From Vicinamibacteria bacterium (GTDB lineage: Bacteria > Acidobacteriota > Vicinamibacteria > Marinacidobacterales > Marinacidobacteraceae), in assembly GCA_963668695.2 (NCBI GenBank), contig CAXXLQ010000001.1, forward strand, positions 1 to 64,000: a stretch of 64,000 nt of DNA. The letters run 5' to 3'. Shown in pieces: positions 31,469 through 42,606 of this stretch (its first letter is position 1; each line of letters begins with the position of its first letter). The notes beneath the pieces are model-generated. The model ran no database searches. It was not told the DNA's origin and saw nothing but the letters and a program-made list of their open reading frames with translations. The position numbers and the translations under genes were made by a program.

Positions 31469-34400
31469 GCCACTCCTGTGTCGAACATCAGGCGATGGAA
31501 ATCATCTTCAATGAGCCGCACCTTCCACAGATCGTCGGAAATCTTGAGATTCGCGAGGTTGTTGCCGCCGTTGATGTAAATGAGGTCCAACTCGCTGCCT
31601 TGGGCCGAGTAACCTTGCCTGGTGAACCATTCGTCAAGAACGAGATTATCCTGCTCCGGCTCATCGCTGAGCTTGCGCCAAATGATGAGCGTCTGGCGAC
31701 CGTCGGGAATTGCACCGGTGACCGTTCGGAACCAGTACGGGCTCCCCTCCTCCTGCTTGACGCGGCCCTTTAGGCGTAGGCGCTTCTCTGTGTCACGTTC
31801 GAACGCGGCGCTGAACGTCTGTGGTGCGCCGATGTGCCGAACCGTGAGGCCGATTAGCCAGTTGAACGTCTCAAGCAGGTCGACGCAGACCTCGCGGCCT
31901 TCGTTCGATCCCGGCCGCTTGATCTTGAGCTTGTATGCAGTGGGGTCGGCAAATGCCTGCGTGTTGAGCAGGCTGCCACGGGTCTCGACATCAAGCATGT
32001 AACGCAGGAGGTACTGCTCTCTGAAGCCGCCCGGGCCTTGCGCGTCGCTGGCGTCGAGAAGAAGCTGCTGCCTGTCGGTGCGGCGGATCTCCAGGTTGTT
32101 GAGAACGTCTTCATAGGATTCGAGTCGGACAATTTTGACAATGCGCGGACTGTGCGCTGTTTCCTCTGGCGTCGCTAGGCGCCCCAGGTTGCCGTCCTTC
32201 CACTCTGGCGCGAAGGTGACCTTCTTGATCCGCGGCAACAGCACCGTGTCGAAGTAGTCACCCATCTCAGCCAGAATGAACTTGCGCCGTCGGCGTTCCT
32301 CCCGGTTGAGATTTATGACCGCATGGCCCGTCGTTCCGGAGCCCGCGAAAAAGTCTAGAACATAGGCCCCAGCGGCCAGGTCGACCGCAAAAATGGCATC
32401 CTCGACCGTGTGCACCGACTTCGGATACGAGAACGGATTCTGCGTTCCGATGATGTCCCGCAGTAGATTGGAGCCAAATGTGCCAGCGTTGTAGCGCCGG
32501 TCGATCCAGTTGCTGAACAAGGCCGCTTTGCGTTCTCGCGCTTGAATCAACTGATAGATCGTGTTGCCTTCCGTACAGCTTAGTTTGCCCTGGGCTACCA
32601 GTTGCTGGCAAGATTCGTATGAACGTCGCCAAACGCGCTCATTCCCGTTAGCGCCTATCGGATAGATCCTAAGTTGCCCTTCGGCGGTTGGCCCTGTCGG
32701 ATAATCGTTCTGTACCAAAGGTGGCGGAGCCTCGATTCCCACCACCTTTCGCGATCGTGGATCGATCAAGATCGCATAGAAGCTATTCGGCCGACCGTAG
32801 CGGAAATTGCTTCTTGCCGTTCCGCTTCGCTTGAATGGTCGGAACTCAACATCGGCATCGACCATCCTTCCAGCGAGAGTGCGGTCGGAAGAAGCGGCGA
32901 AACACGCGACCATATACTCATGGGTGTGCGATAGCGTCTTCGCCTTTCCACCCTGCGGGTGGTGGTTGACGATAATCATCTCACGACGCAACGATGAGTG
33001 TTCGCTATCGACAAGCTTAGCTAAATTCGCCATCTCGAAGTCGTCGATCGCTATGAATAAAACAGGATCAGCCGCCAATATCTTGGGTACCAACGCCAGC
33101 CGACTGGCCATTAGTGTTAGCCATGATGATCGAAGATAGTTGTTCTTGTATGGAATCTCGGAATCACCGGTGTTGTAGGGGGGATCGATATAGACACACT
33201 CCACTCGGCCTTGATATCGGCGTTGCATGAGAACTAAGGACTGGAAGTTGTCGCCGTGAAAGAGAATGCCGTCGGTCGGGTCGTCCAGGTTGTCGAAGGT
33301 GGCAAGAAGCTCTGCGACAAAGGTCGGATGAAAGTGCCGCGTATCCAAGACTAATGTAGGGTGGGCTCTTAAGAACGCGGCGGTGATGTGTCCGCTGTAG
33401 CCGGGCGTGGTCAGATCGGGCTTGATGCTGGTAATCCCAAAGAGCTCTACCCACTCCTTGTGCTGCGCTTCATTGGAGGCAATGTCAGGGTAGAACCCCT
33501 CGGGGATGATGCCGATTGCTATGCAGTAGTGCGTTGCGACCACGAACTTCTTCTTCAACCAAAGTTTTTTCTGGAAGTTTTCGAGCTGCGCAAGGAAATC
33601 GATAATCTTCCCCGCTATCTTGCGGATGACCTGGATCTTGGATAGGTACTCTTCGACGCGCGCCACCGACTCGTTCTCTACATCGTCCAGATGCATAACT
33701 TCGTTCTTGATGTAGAAGTCCAATTCGCGACGTAGGAAGGTCCCGAGATCCTTGTGGATGAAGAAATCGAAGGTGTTGCGGGCGGTGTAGCGGCGCAAGT
33801 GCGCCTCGAGTCGCGTGTAGTCCGCGCGCCTGCCGCCCGCCATTTCGTGCGGCTTGCAGAGTTCGCTGATCCACTCGTCGAGTCTGGTGCCGGTTGTGGT
33901 CAGCACGCGCCGGGAGGCAAGTGCGCTCAGGTACTTCTGGGCGGGGGGCTTTTTCTTGGCATCGCGGTCGACATCAGACCAATCGGCGAGCGTCGGCGGG
34001 CGGTACTCGAACCGAATGACGAGTTCTCTGCCCTGGTCGCCGATTTCGTCGGTGAGGAAGTCATGGCCAGAGACGCCGGGGGGTGAGAGGACGAACATGC
34101 GGTCCTTGCCCTGGGCAACCTGGACGTTGCCGTGTTCGTCCTCAACCGCATCCGTGAGGCGGAAGTGCACCCGCATCGGGTTCGTCGCATCTTCCGGCGT
34201 GAGACAAAATGAGTAGTCGCGCAGGTACTGGCTCGTCTTGATGTAGTGCTGGTCCTTGTTGGCCCAGTGCAGCGTCACTTCCTGGCCCTCGTAGGGGATC
34301 GCGTAGACGCCTGCCTTGTACACGGGCTTCGCGAGGAAATCACCGTCGGAGTAGTAGCGACTGAAGAAGCGAAACAGGTGGTCGTACACGTCGCTCTCCA

Positions 34401-34716
34401 GCGCGCCGATGTCCACCGCGTCGCTCGTGAGCCGTGTACGAAGGCCTTTGACTTTTCGCGATGTCTCCGGGTCCACGCCGAGATCCTCCGCCTGACCGAT
34501 GGCGGTGACCAAGTCCTTCTCGATCGCGGCCTTGTCGGCAGTCTTGTATCGACGGAAGGCATCCCGCACTTGAGACAGGAGATCCTCTTCGAGGAACTGC
34601 GACACTTCGACACTCTTGGCGTGCATCACGCGGTAGAGACCGAAGTCCAAGTCGGGCTGGTCGAGCTGGAACAGCTCCTTCAGCTTGTCCCTCAGCTTCT
34701 CGTACTTGTGACTCAT
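31465..34716 (-). CDS. mod: Type III RM adenine methyltransferase Mod subunit
   Basis: YIDPPYNTG (motif IV) before [12 protein letters not shown] (motif I); 4-bp overlap with res. Confidence 0.9.
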   Translation of the reverse strand: MSHKYEKLRDKLKELFQLDQPDLDFGLYRVMHAKSVEVSQFLEEDLLSQVRDAFRRYKTADKAAIEKDLVTAIGQAEDLGVDPETSRKVKGLRTRLTSDAVDIGALESDVYDHLFRFFSRYYSDGDFLAKPVYKAGVYAIPYEGQEVTLHWANKDQHYIKTSQYLRDYSFCLTPEDATNPMRVHFRLTDAVEDEHGNVQVAQGKDRMFVLSPPGVSGHDFLTDEIGDQGRELVIRFEYRPPTLADWSDVDRDAKKKPPAQKYLSALASRRVLTTTGTRLDEWISELCKPHEMAGGRRADYTRLEAHLRRYTARNTFDFFIHKDLGTFLRRELDFYIKNEVMHLDDVENESVARVEEYLSKIQVIRKIAGKIIDFLAQLENFQKKLWLKKKFVVATHYCIAIGIIPEGFYPDIASNEAQHKEWVELFGITSIKPDLTTPGYSGHITAAFLRAHPTLVLDTRHFHPTFVAELLATFDNLDDPTDGILFHGDNFQSLVLMQRRYQGRVECVYIDPPYNTGDSEIPYKNNYLRSSWLTLMASRLALVPKILAADPVLFIAIDDFEMANLAKLVDSEHSSLRREMIIVNHHPQGGKAKTLSHTHEYMVACFAASSDRTLAGRMVDADVEFRPFKRSGTARSNFRYGRPNSFYAILIDPRSRKVVGIEAPPPLVQNDYPTGPTAEGQLRIYPIGANGNERVWRRSYESCQQLVAQGKLSCTEGNTIYQLIQARERKAALFSNWIDRRYNAGTFGSNLLRDIIGTQNPFSYPKSVHTVEDAIFAVDLAAGAYVLDFFAGSGTTGHAVINLNREERRRRKFILAEMGDYFDTVLLPRIKKVTFAPEWKDGNLGRLATPEETAHSPRIVKIVRLESYEDVLNNLEIRRTDRQQLLLDASDAQGPGGFREQYLLRYMLDVETRGSLLNTQAFADPTAYKLKIKRPGSNEGREVCVDLLETFNWLIGLTVRHIGAPQTFSAAFERDTEKRLRLKGRVKQEEGSPYWFRTVTGAIPDGRQTLIIWRKLSDEPEQDNLVLDEWFTRQGYSAQGSELDLIYINGGNNLANLKISDDLWKVRLIEDDFHRLMFDTGVA

Positions 34717-34848
34717 GTGGACTCTTTTTCCTTGTTCAGGGTCTTCCGGCGCGGCCCGCCTCGAATTACCGGATGGCAGCCTCGCCTTCTCTTCGCGTGA
34801 CCTCGCCGACTGGGGACGGGCGTGCCGGACGCCCGTTTCGGGACTTTG

Positions 34849-37800
34849 TCAAGCGGCCGGACTTCTCCAAAGTTCTCGGACTCGGCCGGCCTGCGCGTAG
34901 CCCGGCCGTGAGTGAACCCGTGCGGTATACGCCCCCCATGCCTGCCGCTCCCCGCTCAGTTGCCACACCCGGCGCGCCCGCGCCGCCAGATCGTCGAGCA
35001 GGGTGTAGAAGAAGGGCAGGATGACTAGCGTGAGGACGGTGGAGGCGGCGAGTCCGCCGATCACCGCCCGCGCCAGCGGGAAGTAGTAGAGACCGTCGAG
35101 CCCGGTCCGTCCGACCGCCATCGGGAAGAGGGCGAGCATGGTGGCGCCGGCGGTCATCAGGATCGGCCGCAGCCGGTCGCGTCCGCCGACGAGCAGCGCC
35201 TCGCTGCGGTCCATGCCTTCGCGGCGCAGCTTGTTCACGTGGTCGATCAGCACGATCCCGTTCTTGACCACGATCCCCATCAGGATGAGCATCCCGATCT
35301 GAGCCATGAGGTTGAAGGGGCTGTCCGTGAAGAGCAGCGTCCAGCTCGCGCCCCAGAGCGCGTACGGGATCGAAATCAGGATCGCGAGGGGGTGGATCAG
35401 CGATTCGAACTGGGCGGCCATCACGATGTAGATCAGGAGCAGCGCGAGCAGGTAGTTCACCGCCATGGTCTGGAGATCGGTGTCCTGCCGGGTGATCCGG
35501 TCCCCGAAGGACCACGAATAGCCCGCGGGGAGGGCCATGGCGTCCAGTTCCTCCTCGATCGCGGCGCGGGCGTCGTCCCACTCCTCGCCCTCGTAGGCGG
35601 CGCGGAGCGTCGCCACCGCCTTCCGGTCCACCCGCCGGATCGCCCGGCTGCGTTCCACGATCTCGAAGTCGGCCAGATCGCCGAGCAGGATCGGGACGCC
35701 GCCGTCGGACATCAGCGTGAAGTTTTCAAGGTCCTCCACCCGGGAGACGTCCTTTTGGGACATCGTGAGGAGCACCTCGGCCTCCCGGTCCTCGGTCTGG
35801 AAACGCCGGAGCGGCCGCCCCCCGAGCGTGAAGCCGAAGATCTCGGCGAGGTCCTGCGGGGTGATGCCGAGGCGGGCGGCCTCCTCGACCCGCGGCCGCA
35901 CCACGACTTCCTTCCGGGGAGTGTCCTCGGTGCTCCGGATATCGGCGACGCCCCCGACGCCCGCTATCCGCGTCTCGGCGCGCTTCGCGAACTCAGCGAG
36001 CCTTTCGGAGTCCTCCCCGTAGAACCGGACCCGGAAGAACATGCTGTCCCCGCCGGTTTCCTGATCGTCGTCGCCGAACACGATCCGGGTGCCGGGAAGG
36101 ACGGGGAGGGCCTCCTTGACCCGTTCCTTCATTTTCTTCCCCTCGGCGTCCGAGATGTGCTCCTTCCCGAACGAGATCACGGTCTGCGCCTCGTTCTCGG
36201 CGAAGAAGCTGTACACCGACTCGATCCCGAGCTCCTCCCGGAGTCCGGCGAGTTCGCGTTCGACGGCCAACACCGCGATCCGGGAGTCCTCTTTGTAGTG
36301 GAAGTCCGAGAACTCGTAGGCGAGGAAGATCCGGTTCCGGTTGAGCCCGGAGAACATCGCGGTGGAGAGGCCGAGGAAGAAGGGCAGGATCGCGGTGGCC
36401 AGGAAGGCGACCGCGATTCCCGCGGTGACCCAGCGGCGGCGCAGGGTGAACCGCAGGACTCGCTGGTAGAGATCGCCGAGGCGCTCCGTCCAGCGCGGCG
36501 CCACCGACGGCTTCCGGGCGAGGAGACGCGAGCTCACCAGCGGAATCAGGGTGAGCGAGATGAACAGGGAGCAGAAGATGGTCAGCGAGATGGCGAGGCC
36601 GATCTCACCGAGCCAGATGGACATCTGGTTCTTCGATCCCACCACCGCGGGGAGGAACACCACCGCGGTGGTGACCGTAGAGGCGATCACCGCCCCGGAG
36701 ACCGCCTGGGCGCCCGAGATGGCCGCCAGCTTCGCCGGGATGCCCCGGCCGTGCTCCCGGACCACGGACTCGAGGACCACGATGGCGTCGTCCACCAGGA
36801 GACCGATGCCCAGCATCATTCCCATCATCGAGAGCACGTTCAGCGAACGGCCGGCGAAGTAGAGGACGATCGCGGTCGCGATGATGGACATCGGGATCGT
36901 CAGGCTGACGATCGAGGTGGTGTCCACCCGCCGGAGGAACAAGAACAGGACCAAAACTGCGAGGAGCGCGCCGAGCAGTCCCTCGGTCCGGATGCCCGAC
37001 AGTCCCGAAGTGATCTCCTCCGCCTGGTCCTCCCAGACGAAGAGGTTGATGCCGTTGAGCGCCGGATCGGCGGCGATCTCCGCCTCGATCAGCTCGGTGA
37101 CCGCAGTGGCCACCTCGACCGTGTTCGCCTCGGCGCTCTTGTAGACGGTCAACCCGATCGCGATCTCGTCATCCAGATGCCGTCCGAAGGGAATCGGCGG
37201 CTCCTGGTAGGTCACCTCGGCGACGTCGGCAACGGTGAGACCCCGGTCGTTCAGCGGCAGGCCGCCGATCTCGTCGATCGCGGACAGCGCACCGAATCCG
37301 CGCACCGGCGTCACCACGCCGTCCGCCCGGATGCGTCCGAGCGACACGTTGCGGTTCATTCCGGAAACGCGCTCGGTGACCTCGCCGAGGTCCACCCGGT
37401 GGGCCGCGAGCCGGTCGAGGCGCAGGTTGATCCGCACCTCCCGCGGCTCGACGCCGTCAAGGTCCACGCGGGCCACCCCCGGAACCCGGCGGATGGGGTC
37501 GGCGATCCGCCGTTCCAGGCGGTCGTAGTTCGCGGACAGGTCCATTCCGGGCGCCGAGATGCGGGCCTCGACGATCGGGATCTGCGTCGTCGAGAAGGTG
37601 TTGACGTAGATCTCCTTCACGTCGGAAGGAAGATCCCGGCGCGCGTCTTCGACGGCCTCGAAGACCTTGGCGCGGGCCACGTCCACCGTTTCGCCCCAGG
37701 TGAACTCAAGTTGGAGGTCGGCGCGGTCGGCGGTGGCGGTCGAGTTGATTCGGCGGGCGCCGGGGATGGTGGCGAGCGCCTCCTCGAGCGGCTGGACGAT

Positions 37801-38022
37801 CTCCCGTTCGATCTGCCGGGGGCTCGCGTTCGGATACGGAACGGTTACGAAGACGCCGGGGAAGTCCACGTCCGGCAGATAGGTGAGCGGGATGCGGGTA
37901 AACGAGATGCCGCCGAGCACCAATAGGCTCAGCAGCACCATCGCGGTGGTGACGGGCCGGTTGACGGCCAGGCGGGGAAGGCTCATTCCGTCAAGAAAGA
38001 AGCGCCGGTCTCCGACCGGCAT
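34849..38022 (-). CDS. AcrB/AcrD/AcrF family RND permease 2
   Basis: RPVTTAM, GLLVDDAIVV, GIVVKNGIVL, RLRPILMT; start may be MSLPRL at 37986. Confidence 0.93.
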   Translation of the reverse strand: MPVGDRRFFLDGMSLPRLAVNRPVTTAMVLLSLLVLGGISFTRIPLTYLPDVDFPGVFVTVPYPNASPRQIEREIVQPLEEALATIPGARRINSTATADRADLQLEFTWGETVDVARAKVFEAVEDARRDLPSDVKEIYVNTFSTTQIPIVEARISAPGMDLSANYDRLERRIADPIRRVPGVARVDLDGVEPREVRINLRLDRLAAHRVDLGEVTERVSGMNRNVSLGRIRADGVVTPVRGFGALSAIDEIGGLPLNDRGLTVADVAEVTYQEPPIPFGRHLDDEIAIGLTVYKSAEANTVEVATAVTELIEAEIAADPALNGINLFVWEDQAEEITSGLSGIRTEGLLGALLAVLVLFLFLRRVDTTSIVSLTIPMSIIATAIVLYFAGRSLNVLSMMGMMLGIGLLVDDAIVVLESVVREHGRGIPAKLAAISGAQAVSGAVIASTVTTAVVFLPAVVGSKNQMSIWLGEIGLAISLTIFCSLFISLTLIPLVSSRLLARKPSVAPRWTERLGDLYQRVLRFTLRRRWVTAGIAVAFLATAILPFFLGLSTAMFSGLNRNRIFLAYEFSDFHYKEDSRIAVLAVERELAGLREELGIESVYSFFAENEAQTVISFGKEHISDAEGKKMKERVKEALPVLPGTRIVFGDDDQETGGDSMFFRVRFYGEDSERLAEFAKRAETRIAGVGGVADIRSTEDTPRKEVVVRPRVEEAARLGITPQDLAEIFGFTLGGRPLRRFQTEDREAEVLLTMSQKDVSRVEDLENFTLMSDGGVPILLGDLADFEIVERSRAIRRVDRKAVATLRAAYEGEEWDDARAAIEEELDAMALPAGYSWSFGDRITRQDTDLQTMAVNYLLALLLIYIVMAAQFESLIHPLAILISIPYALWGASWTLLFTDSPFNLMAQIGMLILMGIVVKNGIVLIDHVNKLRREGMDRSEALLVGGRDRLRPILMTAGATMLALFPMAVGRTGLDGLYYFPLARAVIGGLAASTVLTLVILPFFYTLLDDLAARARRVWQLSGERQAWGAYTARVHSRPGYAQAGRVRELWRSPAA

Positions 38023-38076
38023 CGCTGCCCGGCAGGGCAGCGAAACTCCCGCTTCTCCATCGCTGCAAGACGCGAC

Positions 38077-41000
38077 TCACTCCGCAAACCTCTTCCGGTC
38101 GAACACCGCGTACGCCGTCGGAATCACCACCAGCGTCAGCAGGGTCGAGACCGCCAGTCCGCCGATGACCGTGATCGCCATCGGGCCCCGGATCTCGGCT
38201 CCTTCGCCGAGTCCGAGCGCCATCGGGGCCAGCGCCAGGATCGTCGTGAGGGTGGTCATCAGGATCGGCCGCAGCCGGATCTCCCCGGCGGCGACGATGG
38301 CCTCCGCCTTCGCCATCCCGTCCCGCCGCAGCCGGTTGATGCAGTCCACCAGCACGATGGCGTTTTTGACCACGATGCCGGCCAGCATGACCACCCCGAT
38401 GAGCACGATCACGCTGATCGTGGATCCCGAGAGCAGGAGCGCCCAGACCACCCCGATCGCCCCGAGCGGGATCGTGAAGAGGATCAGGAACGGATGCAGC
38501 AGCGACTCGAACTGGCTCGCCATCACGAAGTAGACGAGAAAGATGGCGAGGCCGATGGCGAGCGCCAGGCTCGCGAAGGAACGCTCCATCTCCTCGCTCT
38601 GTCCCCCGAAGCGGGTGGAGACCCCCGGGGCGAGCCCCAGCCCGGCGACGGCGGTCTCGATGGCCTCGGTGGCGCTGGCCAGGTCCACCCCGTCGAGGTT
38701 GCCCGAGACCACCACCGCGGGGCGCTGGCCGACCCGGCGGAGTTCGGCCGGTCCCTCGCTGAGCTCGGCGTTCCCGAGCGCGCGGAGCGGCACCGGGCGC
38801 GCTCCCTCGGAGTACACGATGAGTTCGGGCACCGCGGCGGTGTGCGAGCGGAGGTTCTCGCTGCCCCGCACCACGATGTCGATCCGCCGGTCGCCCTCGT
38901 CGAGCCGGGTGGCGACCTCGCCGCGGAGCTTGGAGCGAAGCCCTTCGGACGCCTGGTCCACCGTGAGTCCGAGGCTCGCCAGGCGATCGGCGGCGAATCG
39001 GACCCGGATCTCCGGACTCCCCGCCTCGGCGGTCGAACGCACGTCGGCGAGCCCGGGGACCCCGGCGACGGCCGCCTGCACCCGGCGGGCGCTCGGCACC
39101 AGCAGCGAGCGGTCCTCGGAAAAGACCTCGACCTCGACGGGCTGGCGGACGCTGAAGTAGGACGGCCGGCCGAACTCGTAGCGGATCCCCGGCCGCTCCG
39201 CGAGACCGGCCCGGACCCTCTCGATCGCGGCCGCCTCGGCCTCCTTGTCACCCCGGTCCGCCATGACGACCTGGACCCGGCCCTGGTGCTCGGCGCGTCC
39301 CGAGCCGCCCGCGAAGCCGCCTCCGGCGGCGGTGCCCGCTTCGGTGGTCACCCGGAGCACCCCCGGGAGGTCGAGCGCGGCGGTGCCCACACCGTCCACC
39401 ACCGCATCGGTCGCGGTCACTGCGGATCCCTCCGGGAGGTGGACGTCGAAGTGGAACTCGCCCTGGGAGAGCGCCGGAATGAGTTCGACGCCGATGGCGG
39501 TTCTTCCGACGGCGAGCGATCCGGCGAAGAGCCCGGTCGCCAGCGCGAAGACGGTCACCGGGTGGCGGAGGGCGGCGCGCAGCACCGGCGGATAGGCGCG
39601 CGTGACCGCGGTCTCGGCCGCTCTAAAGGCCCACAGCAGCGGCCGCAGCGGAAGGATGATTACGCGCCCGACCTTGCGAAAACCCGTGCGGACCGCGCCC
39701 AGCGCCCGGACGGTGATCGTCGCCTTGGCCTCCCCGGTGGAACCGGGAGCGGCTCCGCCCCGGCTGGCGAGGACCGGGATGAGCGCCAGCGAGAAGCCCA
39801 GCGAGGCGAGGATGGAGATGGAGACGGTGAGCGCCTGGTCGTGGAAGAGCTGTCCGGCGACTCCTTCCACGAAGACGATGGGCAGGAACACCGCGACGGT
39901 GGTCAGGGTCGAGGCGATCACCGGGCCCGCGACCTCCACCGTGCCGGCGATCGCCGCATCCCGCCAGTTCTCCCGGTGGGGGCCGGGCTCGCCCCCGTGG
40001 CGCCGGCGGTGGATCGCCTCCAGCACCACGATGGAGTCGTCGAGCAGCATGCCCACCCCGAGCGCGAGCCCGCCGAGCGACATGATGTTCAGCGAAAGCC
40101 CCATCTGCTGCATCACGAAGAAGGTGGCGATCACCGAGACGGGAATGGCCATCGCGACCACCGCCGTCGCCCGCCGTTCGCGGAGAAACAGCGCGATCAC
40201 CAGGATGGCGAGCAGGCCCCCCTCCCAGGCGTTGCGCACCACCTCCGAGATGGCGCCTTCGATGAACTGCGACTGGTCGAAGAGGACGGCCAGCGACACC
40301 CCGGCGGGAACCGAGTCCTCCACCGCTTCGAGCTGGGCCCGGATGCCTTCGGCCACCCGCACCGTGTTCGCGTCTCCCTCCTTGAAGATCCTGACCTCGA
40401 CGCCCTCGGCGCCGCCCTGCCGCAGGATCACTTCCTGATCCTTGAACCCGGAACGGACCTCCGCCACGTCGGCGAGCCTCACGAGGCGCCCGCTGGCGTC
40501 CTTCACGATCACGGCGTCAATGCGGTCCAGCGTGTCCAGCTCGTTCAGCGTCCGGACCAGATAACGGGCCTCGTCCTCGTACACGCTGCCGCTGGCCAGG
40601 TTCACGTTGTTGTCGGCCAGCGCCGTCCGGACCTCCGCGACGGTGATGTCGTAGGCGCCAAGCCGGCCCTCGTCCACATCCACCTGGATCTCCCGGACCA
40701 GGCCGCCCTCGATCCGGACCGCGGCGACCCCGTCCACCGCGTCGAGGTCCTTCTTGAGGTCCTCTTCCGTCCATTGCCGGATACCGGAGAGCGGCAGTCC
40801 CCCGGAGACGCCGATCCGGAAGATGGCGTCCGACGCGGGGTCGAAGCGCAGGAGCCGGGGCCGCTCGGCGTCTTCCGGAAGGAGGACGCCATCGAGCTTT
40901 TCCCGCACGTCGAGCCCGGCGAAGTCCATGTTCGTGTCCCAGACGAACTCCAGCGTGACCTCGGACACCCCGGCGCGGGAACGGGAAGTAACCCGGCGGA

Positions 41001-41232
41001 GCCCGGGAACGACCGAGGCCGCCTCCTCGATGGGGCGCGTGACCAGCGTTTCGACCTCGATGGGCGCCGCGCCCGCCATTCGGGTCTCGACCGTCAGGGT
41101 GGGATAGGAGATCTCCGGCAGCAGATTGACCGGCAGCCGGCCGAGGGCCACGAACCCGAACACGCAGGTGGCCACGGTGAACATGGCGACGGTCACCGGC
41201 CGCCGGATGCAGGAAGTGATCAGGGATTTCAC
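38077..41232 (-). CDS. AcrB/AcrD/AcrF family RND permease 1
   Basis: RRPVTVAM, GMLLDDSIVV, GIVVKNAIVL, RLRPILMT. Confidence 0.93.
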   Translation of the reverse strand: MKSLITSCIRRPVTVAMFTVATCVFGFVALGRLPVNLLPEISYPTLTVETRMAGAAPIEVETLVTRPIEEAASVVPGLRRVTSRSRAGVSEVTLEFVWDTNMDFAGLDVREKLDGVLLPEDAERPRLLRFDPASDAIFRIGVSGGLPLSGIRQWTEEDLKKDLDAVDGVAAVRIEGGLVREIQVDVDEGRLGAYDITVAEVRTALADNNVNLASGSVYEDEARYLVRTLNELDTLDRIDAVIVKDASGRLVRLADVAEVRSGFKDQEVILRQGGAEGVEVRIFKEGDANTVRVAEGIRAQLEAVEDSVPAGVSLAVLFDQSQFIEGAISEVVRNAWEGGLLAILVIALFLRERRATAVVAMAIPVSVIATFFVMQQMGLSLNIMSLGGLALGVGMLLDDSIVVLEAIHRRRHGGEPGPHRENWRDAAIAGTVEVAGPVIASTLTTVAVFLPIVFVEGVAGQLFHDQALTVSISILASLGFSLALIPVLASRGGAAPGSTGEAKATITVRALGAVRTGFRKVGRVIILPLRPLLWAFRAAETAVTRAYPPVLRAALRHPVTVFALATGLFAGSLAVGRTAIGVELIPALSQGEFHFDVHLPEGSAVTATDAVVDGVGTAALDLPGVLRVTTEAGTAAGGGFAGGSGRAEHQGRVQVVMADRGDKEAEAAAIERVRAGLAERPGIRYEFGRPSYFSVRQPVEVEVFSEDRSLLVPSARRVQAAVAGVPGLADVRSTAEAGSPEIRVRFAADRLASLGLTVDQASEGLRSKLRGEVATRLDEGDRRIDIVVRGSENLRSHTAAVPELIVYSEGARPVPLRALGNAELSEGPAELRRVGQRPAVVVSGNLDGVDLASATEAIETAVAGLGLAPGVSTRFGGQSEEMERSFASLALAIGLAIFLVYFVMASQFESLLHPFLILFTIPLGAIGVVWALLLSGSTISVIVLIGVVMLAGIVVKNAIVLVDCINRLRRDGMAKAEAIVAAGEIRLRPILMTTLTTILALAPMALGLGEGAEIRGPMAITVIGGLAVSTLLTLVVIPTAYAVFDRKRFAE

Positions 41233-41277
41233 GGGGCTGATTTCACGGGGTTGGCAGTCCGGAATCCGTCCGGTGAA

Positions 41278-42372
41278 TCAGTTGCCGTTCAGGATTTGGA
41301 CCAAGTCGCCCGGGGTCAGCGCGCCGTGGCCGGCAACCACCACGCGCGCTCCCGCCTCGAGCCCGTCCAGCAGTTCGATGAGCGCCCCCTCGGGGCTCTC
41401 CATCTCGATCCCTACGGTCACTTCGCGCCGCACCGCGCGGCCGTCCTCGACCACGAAGACGTGGGCGCCGCCCTCGCTCTGGATGATCGCCCGCTTCGGA
41501 ACCAGCACTGCGTTCTCACGCCGGCCGGTCTCGATGACCACGCGGGCGAAGGAGCCGGGACGGATGACCGCCCCCGCCGGGCGCGGAAGCGCGACGGTCA
41601 CCTTCACGGTGCCGGTGTTGCGGTCCACCACCGGGCTGACCTCCCGGACCCGTCCCACCAGGCCGCTCCCGCTCGCGTCCGACTCCCGCCGGACCACCGC
41701 CGGCAGACCCGGCGCCAGACCGATCACGTCCCGCTCCGGGACATAGAGCCGCGCCACCAGAGTGTCGAAGTCGGCCAGCGTCAGCAGGTGCTGCGCGGGC
41801 TCGAGCCGGCCGCCCTCGACCAGCAGGAGCTCGGTGACCTTGCCCGCGAAGGGAGCGCGGATCTCGGTCCGTTCCAGCTCCAGCCGAGCGGTTTCCAGTT
41901 CCGAGGCGGCGAGGTCGCGATCGAAGCGCGCCTTCTCGTAGTCCCACTCGGAGACCAGGTCCTGTTCGAACGCCCGCTTCTGCCTCGAGAGTTCCGCATC
42001 GGCCCGCGAGAGCCGGAGATCGGCCTGCTGGAACGCGAGCCGGCGCTCGCGGGCGTCCACCCGGGCCAGCACGTCACCGGCGGCGACCGAATCGCCCTCG
42101 CGGACCCGGATCTCGGTGAGGACTCCGGAGGTCTCGGAGAACACCTGCGCGGTGCGTTCGGCCTCGACCGCCGAGGTGGTCGCGAGATGGAGGGTGACCG
42201 GGCCGAGCCGGGCTTCGGCGACGCTCACCGGCGTCCGGGTGGTCTCTTCGGCGCCCCCGGTGATATCGCCCGCCTCGCTCGCTTCGGTCCCGGACAGCAG
42301 CAAGGGGACGACGAGGCCCGCGCCGCCCAGGACCGCGGCTGCCGCCAGCACGACAAACAGTGTTCGCTTCAT
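41278..42372 (-). CDS. RND periplasmic adaptor (MFP)
   Basis: N-terminal TM, VREGDSVAAGDVLA, IRAPFAG, SPVVDRNTGTVKV. Confidence 0.92.
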   Translation of the reverse strand: MKRTLFVVLAAAAVLGGAGLVVPLLLSGTEASEAGDITGGAEETTRTPVSVAEARLGPVTLHLATTSAVEAERTAQVFSETSGVLTEIRVREGDSVAAGDVLARVDARERRLAFQQADLRLSRADAELSRQKRAFEQDLVSEWDYEKARFDRDLAASELETARLELERTEIRAPFAGKVTELLLVEGGRLEPAQHLLTLADFDTLVARLYVPERDVIGLAPGLPAVVRRESDASGSGLVGRVREVSPVVDRNTGTVKVTVALPRPAGAVIRPGSFARVVIETGRRENAVLVPKRAIIQSEGGAHVFVVEDGRAVRREVTVGIEMESPEGALIELLDGLEAGARVVVAGHGALTPGDLVQILNGN

Positions 42373-42531
42373 GGCTTCTCCTAACGGATCACCCGGGCCG
42401 GTGGTTCCGGACTTCGGGCTTTCACTAGGGAACTACGCGGCCGCGCCCCAAACTCTTCATCGCCGAATCCGCCCGGAACCGGGCCGGACCGTATGGACCG
42501 CCATCCCGGTTACTGCGAGAATGCCGGGAAT

Positions 42532-42606
42532 GCGCGGTTAGCTCAGCGGGAGAGCGCCTGCCTTACACGCAGGTGGTCGCAGGTTCAAATCCTGCACCGC
42601 GCACCA
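42532..42606 (+). tRNA. tRNA-Val(TAC), CCA encoded
   Basis: GCGCGGT/ACCGCGC acceptor stem, CCTGC-CTTACAC-GCAGG anticodon arm, GCAGG-TTCAAAT-CCTGC T arm. Confidence 0.95.
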
